Source of the DNA: Auanema rhodensis | Taxonomy: Eukaryota; Animalia; Nematoda | DNA length: 64,000 nucleotides | Assembly: GCA_964057225.1 (NCBI GenBank) | Contig: OZ059900.1 | Location: 21,576,001 to 21,640,000, forward strand | Reading direction: 5' to 3' | In this document: one piece after another, positions 54,301 to 64,000 of the stretch | How positions within the stretch are numbered: the stretch's first letter is position 1 | How the letters are laid out: each line of letters begins with the position of its first letter | The notes under the pieces: generated by a model | What the model saw: the letters and a program-made list of their open reading frames with translations, nothing else | What the model was told of the DNA's origin: nothing | Database searches by the model: none | Program-made: the position numbers and the translations under genes

Positions 54301-57300
54301 TATGTAACACGCTGAAATTCGTTGCATTTGACGACTCATATGAACAAAAATCGATTTAATCAATATTAGCCATAAAGGGCGTGCCCTCAGAATATGCTAA
54401 TTTCCTTAATTTTCTAACCCCTGTTTTTTTGTCGTGAAAGTGGAACTAGACGTTGTACGAACAATTTTGAGCTAGGTTTCATTGACATTGCATGAGTTTG
54501 AACACATGAAATCGTAAGTCAAAACCTTGTTTACAGCGAAATTTCCAAAAACTGGTTTTCCAGCATAATAAAATATTTCTCATGGGAAATACTGTGTTTT
54601 TGTATTTTTCTAGTGTTCAGCATGTAAAATGCTTCATTTTAGTATGTAACACGCTGAAATTCGTTGCATTTGACTACTCATATGAACAAAAATCGATTTA
54701 ATCAATATTAGCCATAAGGGGCGTGCCCTCAGAATATGCTAATTTCCTTAATTTTCTAACCCCTATTTTTTTGTCGTGAAAGTGGAACTAGACGTTGTAG
54801 GAACAATTTTGAGCTAGGTTTCATTGACATTGCATGAGTTTGAACACATGAAATCGTAAGTCAAAACCTTGTTTACAGCGAAATTTCCAAAAACTGGTTT
54901 TCCAGCATAATAAAATATTTCTCATGGGAAATACTGTGTTTTTGTATTTTTCTAGTGTTCAGCATGTAAAATGCTTCATTTTAGTATGTAACACGCTGAA
55001 ATTCGTTGCATTTGACGACTCATATGAACAAAAATCGATTTAATCAATATTAGCCATAAAGGGCGTGCCCTCAGAATATGCTAATTTCCTTAATTTTCTA
55101 AGCCCTGTTTTTTTGTCGTGAAAGTGGAACTAGACGTTGTATTAACAATTTTGAGCTAGGTTTCATTGACATTGCATGAGTTTGAACACATGAAATCGTA
55201 AGTCAAAACCTTGTTTACAGCGAAATTTCCAAAAACTGGTTTTCCAGCATAATAAAATATTTCTCATGAGAAATACTGTGTTTTTGTATTTTTCTAGTGT
55301 TCAGCATGTAAAATGCTTCATTTCAGTATGTAACACGCTGAAATTCGTTGCATTTGACGACTCATATGAACAAAAATCGATTTAATCAATATTAGCCATA
55401 AAGGGCGTGCCCTCAGAATATGCTAATTTCCTTAATTTTCTAACCCCTGTTTTTTTGTCGTGAAAGTGGAACTAGACGTTGTACGAACAATTTTGAGCTA
55501 GGTTTCATTGACATTGCATGAGTTTGAACACATGAAATCGTAAGTCAAAACCTTGTTTACAGCGAAATTTCCAAAAACTGGTTTTCCAGCATAATAAAAT
55601 ATTTCTCATGGGAAATACTGTGTTTTTGTATTTTTCTAGTGTTCAGCATGTAAAATGCTTCATTTTAGTATGTAACACGCTGAAATTCGTTGCATTTGAC
55701 GACTCATATGAACAAAAATCGATTTAATCAATATTAGCCATAAGGGGCGTGCCCTCAGAATATGCTAATTTCCTTAATTTTCTAACCCCTGTTTTGTTGT
55801 CGTGAAAGTGGAACTAGACGTTGTAGGAACAATTTTGAGCTAGGTTTCATTGACATTGCATGAGTTTGAACACATGAAATCGTAAGTCAAAACCTTGTTT
55901 ACAGCGAAATTTCCAAAAACTGGTTTTCCAGCATAATAAAATATTTCTCATGGGAAATACTGTGTTTTTGTATTTTTCTAGTGTTCAGCATGTAAAATGC
56001 TTCATTTTAGTATGTAACACGCTGAAATTCGTTGCATTTGACGACTCATATGAACAAAAATCGATTTAATCAATATTAGCCATAAGGGGCGTGCCCTCAG
56101 AATATGCTAATTTCCTTAATTTTCTAACCCCTGTTTTTTTGTCGTGAAAGTGGAACTAGACGTTGTATTAACAATTTTGAGCTAGGTTTCATTGACATTG
56201 CATGAGTTTGAACACATGAAATCGTAAGTCAAAACCTTGTTTACAGCGAAATTTCCAAAAACTGGTTTTCCAGCATAATAAAATATTTCTCATGGGAAAT
56301 ACTGTGTTTTTGTATTTTTCTAGTGTTCAGCATGTAAAATGCTTCATTTTAGTATGTAACACGCTGAAATTCGTTGCATTTGACGACTCATATGAACAAA
56401 AATCGATTTAATCAATATTAGCCATAAAGGGCGTGCCCTCAGAATATGCTAATTTCCTTAATTTTCTAACCCCTGTTTTTTTGTCGTGAAAGTGGAACTA
56501 GACGTTGTACGAACAATTTTGAGCTAGGTTTCATTGACATTGCATGAGTTTGAACACATGAAATCGTAAGTCAAAACCTTGTTTACAGCGAAATTTCCAA
56601 AAACTGGTTTTCCAGCATAATAAAATATTTCTCATGGGAAATACTGTGTTTTTGTATTTTTCTAGTGTTCAGCATGTAAAATGCTTCATTTTAGTATGTA
56701 ACACGCTGAAATTCGTTGCATTTGACTACTCATATGAACAAAAATCGATTTAATCAATATTAGCCATAAGGGGCGTGCCCTCAGAATATGCTAATTTCCT
56801 TAATTTTCTAACCCCTATTTTTTTGTCGTGAAAGTGGAACTAGACGTTGTAGGAACAATTTTGAGCTAGGTTTCATTGACATTGCATGAGTTTGAACACA
56901 TGAAATCGTAAGTCAAAACCTTGTTTACAGCGAAATTTCCAAAAACTGGTTTTCCAGCATAATAAAATATTTCTCATGGGAAATACTGTGTTTTTGTATT
57001 TTTCTAGTGTTCAGCATGTAAAATGCTTCATTTTAGTATGTAACACGCTGAAATTCGTTGCATTTGACGACTCATATGAACAAAAATCGATTTAATCAAT
57101 ATTAGCCATAAAGGGCGTGCCCTCAGAATATGCTAATTTCCTTAATTTTCTAAGCCCTGTTTTTTTGTCGTGAAAGTGGAACTAGACGTTGTATTAACAA
57201 TTTTGAGCTAGGTTTCATTGACATTGCATGAGTTTGAACACATGAAATCGTAAGTCAAAACCTTGTTTACAGCGAAATTTCCAAAAACTGGTTTTCCAGC

Positions 57301-59900
57301 ATAATAAAATATTTCTCATGAGAAATACTGTGTTTTTGTATTTTTCTAGTGTTCAGCATGTAAAATGCTTCATTTCAGTATGTAACACGCTGAAATTCGT
57401 TGCATTTGACGACTCATATGAACAAAAATCGATTTAATCAATATTAGCCATAAAGGGCGTGCCCTCAGAATATGCTAATTTCCTTAATTTTCTAACCCCT
57501 GTTTTTTTGTCGTGAAAGTGGAACTAGACGTTGTACGAACAATTTTGAGCTAGGTTTCATTGACATTGCATGAGTTTGAACACATGAAATCGTAAGTCAA
57601 AACCTTGTTTACAGCGAAATTTCCAAAAACTGGTTTTCCAGCATAATAAAATATTTCTCATGGGAAATACTGTGTTTTTGTATTTTTCTAGTGTTCAGCA
57701 TGTAAAATGCTTCATTTTAGTATGTAACACGCTGAAATTCGTTGCATTTGACTACTCATATGAACAAAAATCGATTTAATCAATATTAGCCATAAGGGGC
57801 GTGCCCTCAGAATATGCTAATTTCCTTAATTTTCTAACCCCTATTTTTTTGTCGTGAAAGTGGAACTAGACGTTGTAGGAACAATTTTGAGCTAGGTTTC
57901 ATTGACATTGCATGAGTTTGAACACATGAAATCGTAAGTCAAATCCTTGTTTACAGCGAAATTTCCAAAAACTGGTTTTCCAGCATAATAAAATATTTCT
58001 CATGGGAAATACTGTGTTTTTGTATTTTTCTAGTGTTCAGCATGTAAAATGCTTCATTTTAGTATGTAACACGCTGAAATTCGTTGCATTTGACGACTCA
58101 TATGAACAAAAATCGATTTAATCAATATTAGCCATAAAGGGCGTGCCCTCAGAATATGCTAATTTCCTTAATTTTCTAACCCCGGTTTTTTTGTCGTGAA
58201 AGTGGAACTAGACGTTGTAGGAACAATTTTGAGCTAGGTTTCATTGACATTGCATGAGTTTGAACACATGAAATCGTAAGTCAAAACCTTGTTTACAGCG
58301 AAATTTCCAAAAACTGGTTTTCCAGCATAATAAAATATTTCTCATGTGAAATACTGTGTTTTTGTATTTTTCTAGTGTTCAGCATGTAAAATGCTTCATT
58401 TTAGTATGTAACACGCTGAAATTCGTTGCATTTGACGACTCATATGAACAAAAATCGATTTAATCAATATTAGCCATAAGGGGCGTGCCCTCAGAATATG
58501 CTAATTTCCTTAATTTTCTAAGCCCTGTTTTTTTGTCGTGAAAGTGGAACTAGACGTTGTATTAACAATTTTGAGCTAGGTTTCATTGACATTGCATGAG
58601 TTTGAACACATGAAATCGTAAGTCAAAACCTTGTTTACAGCGAAATTTCCAAAAACTGGTTTTCCAGCATAATAAAATATTTCTCATGAGAAATACTGTG
58701 TTTTTGTATTTTTCTAGTGTTCAGCATGTAAAATGCTTCATTTCAGTATGTAACACGCTGAAATTCGTTGCATTTGACGACTCATATGAACAAAAATCGA
58801 TTTAATCAATATTAGCCATAAAGGGCGTGCCCTCAGAATATGCTAATTTCCTTAATTTTCTAACCCCTGTTTTTTTGTCGTGAAAGTGGAACTAGACGTT
58901 GTACGAACAATTTTGAGCTAGGTTTCATTGACATTGCATGAGTTTGAACACATGAAATCGTAAGTCAAAACCTTGTTTACAGCGAAATTTCCAAAAACTG
59001 GTTTTCCAGCATAATAAAATATTTCTCATGGGAAATACTGTGTTTTTGTATTTTTCTAGTGTTCAGCATGTAAAATGCTTCATTTTAGTATGTAACACGC
59101 TGAAATTCGTTGCATTTGACTACTCATATGAACAAAAATCGATTTAATCAATATTAGCCATAAGGGGCGTGCCCTCAGAATATGCTAATTTCCTTAATTT
59201 TCTAACCCCTATTTTTTTGTCGTGAAAGTGGAACTAGACGTTGTAGGAACAATTTTGAGCTAGGTTTCATTGACATTGCATGAGTTTGAACACATGAAAT
59301 CGTAAGTCAAATCCTTGTTTACAGCGAAATTTCCAAAAACTGGTTTTCCAGCATAATAAAATATTTCTCATGGGAAATACTGTGTTTTTGTATTTTTCTA
59401 GTGTTCAGCATGTAAAATGCTTCATTTTAGTATGTAACACGCTGAAATTCGTTGCATTTGACGACTCATATGAACAAAAATCGATTTAATCAATATTAGC
59501 CATAAAGGGCGTGCCCTCAGAATATGCTAATTTCCTTAATTTTCTAACCCCGGTTTTTTTGTCGTGAAAGTGGAACTAGACGTTGTAGGAACAATTTTGA
59601 GCTAGGTTTCATTGACATTGCATGAGTTTGAACACATGAAATCGTAAGTCAAAACCTTGTTTACAGCGAAATTTCCAAAAACTGGTTTTCCAGCATAATA
59701 AAATATTTCTCATGTGAAATACTGTGTTTTTGTATTTTTCTAGTGTTCAGCATGTAAAATGCTTCATTTTAGTATGTAACACGCTGAAATTCGTTGCATT
59801 TGACGACTCATATGAACAAAAATCGATTTAATCAATATTAGCCATAAGGGGCGTGCCCTCAGAATATGCTAATTTCCTTAATTTTCTAACCCCTGTTTTT
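51370..59900 (-). repeat. Trimer-based (1026-bp) higher-order repeat domain with dimer, hexamer and tetramer variants
   Basis: The marker CCCTATTTT falls at 52029, 53055, 53739, 54765, 56817, 57843 and 59211 (gaps 1026, 684, 1026, 2052, 1026, 1368). It is linked to GACTACTC, AAGCCCT and GTATTAAC variants. Confidence 0.88.
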
Positions 59901-62900
59901 TTGTCGTGAAAGTGGAACTAGACGTTGTACGAACAATTTTGAGCTAGGTTTCATTGACATTGCATGAGTTTGAACACATGAAATCGTAAGTCAAAACCTT
60001 GTTTACAGCGAAATTTCCAAAAACTGGTTTTCCAGCATAATAAAATATTTCTCATGGGAAATACTGTGTTTTTGTATTTTTCTAGTGTTCAGCATGTAAA
60101 ATGCTTCATTTTAGTATGTAACACGCTGAAATTCGTTGCATTTGACGACTCATATGAACAAAAATCGATTTAATCAATATTAGCCATAAGGGGCGTGCCC
60201 TCAGAATATGCTAATTTCCTTAATTTTCTAACCCCTGTTTTTTGTCGTGAAAGTGGAACTAGACGTTGTAGGAACAATTTTGAGCTAGGTTTCATTGACA
60301 TTGCATGAGTTTGAACACATGAAATCGTAAGTCAAAACCTTGTTTACAGCGAAATTTCCAAAAACTGGTTTTCCAGCATAATAAAATATTTCTCATGGGA
60401 AATACTGTGTTTTTGTATTTTTCTAGTGTTCAGCATGTAAAATGCTTCATTTTAGTATGTAACACGCTGAAATTCGTTGCATTTGACGACTCATATGAAC
60501 AAAAATCGATTTAATCAATATTAGCCATAAGAGGCGTGCCCTCAGAATATGCGAATTTCCTTAATTTTCTAACCCCTGTTTTTTTGTCGTGAAAGTGGAA
60601 CTAGACGTTGTACGAACAATTTTTAGCTAGGTTTCATTGACATTGCATGAGTTTGAACACATGAAATCGTAAGTCAAAACCTTGTTTACAGCGAAATTTC
60701 CAAAAACTGGTTTTCCAGCATAATAAAATATTTCTCATGGGAAATACTGTGTTTTTGTATTTTTCTAGCGTTCAGCATGTAAAATGCTTCATTTTAGTAT
60801 GTAACACGCTGAAATTCGTTGCATTTGACGACTCATATGAACAAAAATCGATTTAATCAATATTAGCCATAAAGGGCGTGCCCTCAGAATATGCTAATTT
60901 CCTTAATTTTCTAACCCGTGTTTTTTAGTCGTGAAAGTGGAACTAGACGTTGTACGAACAATTTTGAGCTAGGTTTCATTGACATTGCATGAGTTTGAAC
61001 ACATGAAATCGTAAGTCAAAACCTTGTTTACAGCGAAATTTCCAAAAACTGGTTTTCCAGCATAATAAAATATTTCTCATGGGAAATACTGTGTTTTTGT
61101 ATTTTTCTAGTGTTCAGCATGTAAAATGCTTCATTTTAGTATGTAACACGCTGAAATTCGTTGCATTTGACGACTCATATGAACAAAAATCGATTTAATC
61201 AATATTAGCCATAAAGGGCGTGCCCTCAGAATATGCTAATTTCCTTAATTTTCTAACCCCGGTTTTTTTGTCGTGAAAGTGGAACTAGACGTTGTAGGAA
61301 CAATTTTGAGCTAGGTTTCATTGACATTGCATGAGTTTGAACACATGAAATCGTAAGTCAAAACCTTGTTTACAGCGAAATTTCCAAAAACTGGTTTTCC
61401 AGCATAATAAAATATTTCTCATGTGAAATACTGTGTTTTTGTATTTTTCTAGTGTTCAGCATGTAAAATGCTTCATTTTAGTATGTAACACGCTGAAATT
61501 CGTTGCATTTGACGACTCATATGAACAAAAATCGAATTAATCAATATTAGCCATAAGGGGCGTGCCCTCAGAATATGCTAATTTCCTTAATTTTCTAACC
61601 CCTGTTTTTTGTCGTGAAAGTGGAACTAGACGTTGTACGAACAATTTTGAGCTAGGTTTCATTGACATTGCATGAGTTTGAACACATGAAATCGTAAGTC
61701 AAAACCTTGTTTACAGCGAAATTTCCAAAAACTGGTTTTCCAGCATAATAAAATATTTCTCATGGGAAAAACTGTGTTTTTGTATTTTTCTAGTGTTCAG
61801 CATGTAAAATGCTTCATTTTAGTATGTAACACGCTGAAATTCGTTGCATTTGACGACTCATATGAACAAAAATCGATTTAATCAATATTAGCCATAAGGG
61901 GCGTGCCCTCAGAATATGCTAATTTCCTTAATTTTCTAACCCCTGTTTTTTTGTCGTGAAAGTGGAACTAGACGTTGTAGGAACAATTTTGAGCTAGGTT
62001 TCATTGACATTGCATGAGTTTGAACACATGAAATCGTAAGTCAAAACCTTGTTTACAGCGAAATTTCCAAAAACTGGTTTTCCAGCATAATAAAATATTT
62101 CTCATGGGAAATACTGTGTTTTTGTATTTTTCTAGTGTTCAGCATGTAAAATGCTTCATTTTAGTATGTAACACGCTGAAATTCGTTGCATTTGACGACT
62201 CATATGAACAAAAATCGATTTAATCAATATTAGCCATAAAGGGCGTGCCCTCAGAATATGCTAATTTCCTTAATTTTCTAACCCCTGTTTTTTTGTCGTG
62301 AAAGTGGAACTAGACGTTGTACGAACAATTTTGAGCTAGGTTTCATTGACATTGCATGAGTTTGAACACATGAAATCGTAAGTCAAAACCTTGTTTACAG
62401 CGAAATTTCCAAAAACTGGTTTTCCAGCATAATAAAATATTTCTCATGGGAAATACTGTGTTTTTGTATTTTTCTAGTGTTCAGCATGTAAAATGCTTCA
62501 TTTTAGTATGTAACACGCTGAAATTCGTTGCATTTGACGACTCATATGAACAAAAATCGATTTAATCAATATTAGCCATAAAGGGCGTGCCCTCAGAATA
62601 TGCTAATTTCCTTAATTTTCTAACCCCTGTTTTTTTGTCGTGAAAGTGGAACTAGACGTTGTATTAACAATTTTGAGCTAGGTTTCATTGACATTGCATG
62701 AGTTTGAACACATGAAATCGTAAGTCAAAACCTTGTTTACAGCGAAATTTCCAAAAACTGGTTTTCCAGCATAATAAAATATTTCTCATGAGAAATACTG
62801 TGTTTTTGTATTTTTCTAGTGTTCAGCATGTAAAATGCTTCATTTCAGTATGTAACACGCTGAAATTCGTTGCATTTGACGACTCATATGAACAAAAATC

Positions 62901-64000
62901 GATTTAATCAATATTAGCCATAAAGGGCGTGCCCTCAGAATATGCTAATTTCCTTAATTTTCTAACCCCTGTTTTTTTGTCGTGAAAGTGGAACTAGACG
63001 TTGTACGAACAATTTTGAGCTAGGTTTCATTGACATTGCATGAGTTTGAACACATGAAATCGTAAGTCAAAACCTTGTTTACAGCGAAATTTCCAAAAAC
63101 TGGTTTTCCAGCATAATAAAATATTTCTCATGGGAAATACTGTGTTTTTGTATTTTTCTAGTGTTCAGCATGTAAAATGCTTCATTTTAGTATGTAACAC
63201 GCTGAAATTCGTTGCATTTGACGACTCATATGAACAAAAATCGATTTAATCAATATTAGCCATAAAGGGCGTGCCCTCAGAATATGCTAATTTCCTTAAT
63301 TTTCTAACCCCTGTTTTTTTGTCGTGAAAGTGGAACTAGACGTTGTATTAACAATTTTGAGCTAGGTTTCATTGACATTGCATGAGTTTGAACACATGAA
63401 ATCGTAAGTCAAAACCTTGTTTACAGCGAAATTTCCAAAAACTGGTTTTCCAGCATAATAAAATATTTCTCATGAGAAATACTGTGTTTTTGTATTTTTC
63501 TAGTGTTCAGCATGTAAAATGCTTCATTTCAGTATGTAACACGCTGAAATTCGTTGCATTTGACGACTCATATGAACAAAAATCGATTTAATCAATATTA
63601 GCCATAAAGGGCGTGCCCTCAGAATATGCTAATTTCCTTAATTTTCTAACCCCTGTTTTTTTGTCGTGAAAGTGGAACTAGACGTTGTACGAACAATTTT
63701 GAGCTAGGTTTCATTGACATTGCATGAGTTTGAACACATGAAATCGTAAGTCAAAACCTTGTTTACAGCGAAATTTCCAAAAACTGGTTTTCCAGCATAA
63801 TAAAATATTTCTCATGGGAAATACTGTGTTTTTGTATTTTTCTAGTGTTCAGCATGTAAAATGCTTCATTTTAGTATGTAACACGCTGAAATTCGTTGCA
63901 TTTGACTACTCATATGAACAAAAATCGATTTAATCAATATTAGCCATAAGGGGCGTGCCCTCAGAATATGCTAATTTCCTTAATTTTCTAACCCCTATTT

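Larger units (their letters stand above)
46008..64000 (-). repeat. Same 342-bp satellite in reverse orientation (about 52.6 monomers; continues beyond the right edge)
   Basis: From 46008 the sequence is the reverse complement of the monomer (TTTCCAGCATAATAAAATATTTCTCATGGGAAATAC...CATTGACATTGCATGAGTTTGA) with the same 342-bp period. Confidence 0.99.

Noticed and set aside
1-64000. CRISPR array or other repeat-spacer system
   Set aside because: There are no unique spacers; the whole 342 bp is repeated and no cas-like genes are present.
1-64000. Tandem rRNA, tRNA, snRNA or spliced-leader gene array
   Set aside because: The monomer has no recognisable 5S internal control region, tRNA cloverleaf or A/B boxes, or Sm-site-bearing RNA. 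An Rfam scan would be the formal check.

Overview
The whole 64 kb window is one AT-rich tandem satellite DNA array, typical of eukaryotic (peri)centromeric heterochromatin. The monomer is 342 bp (about 34% GC by hand count), there are about 187 copies, and copies differ by only a few positions. I see no genes, RNA genes, transposons or CRISPR arrays, and all six frames of the monomer contain stops. The main structural event is a polarity switch at 46006/46008: about 134.6 monomers run on the + strand and about 52.6 on the - strand. This forms a convergent inverted repeat with arms of at least 18 kb and a 77-bp spacer, and the arms are not exact mirror images. Diagnostic SNPs show a layered architecture. 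There is an indel-rich heterogeneous left domain (1-23230) and an indel-free homogenised core with a variable-length higher-order repeat (23231-37936). A rare haplotype duplicated 21,198 bp apart brackets that core. A heterogeneous zone surrounds the inversion, and a separate trimer-based higher-order repeat lies in the inverted arm. The monomer shows traces of an ancestral ~171-bp dimer and many dyad symmetries. Species, family name and centromere function cannot be established from the sequence alone.
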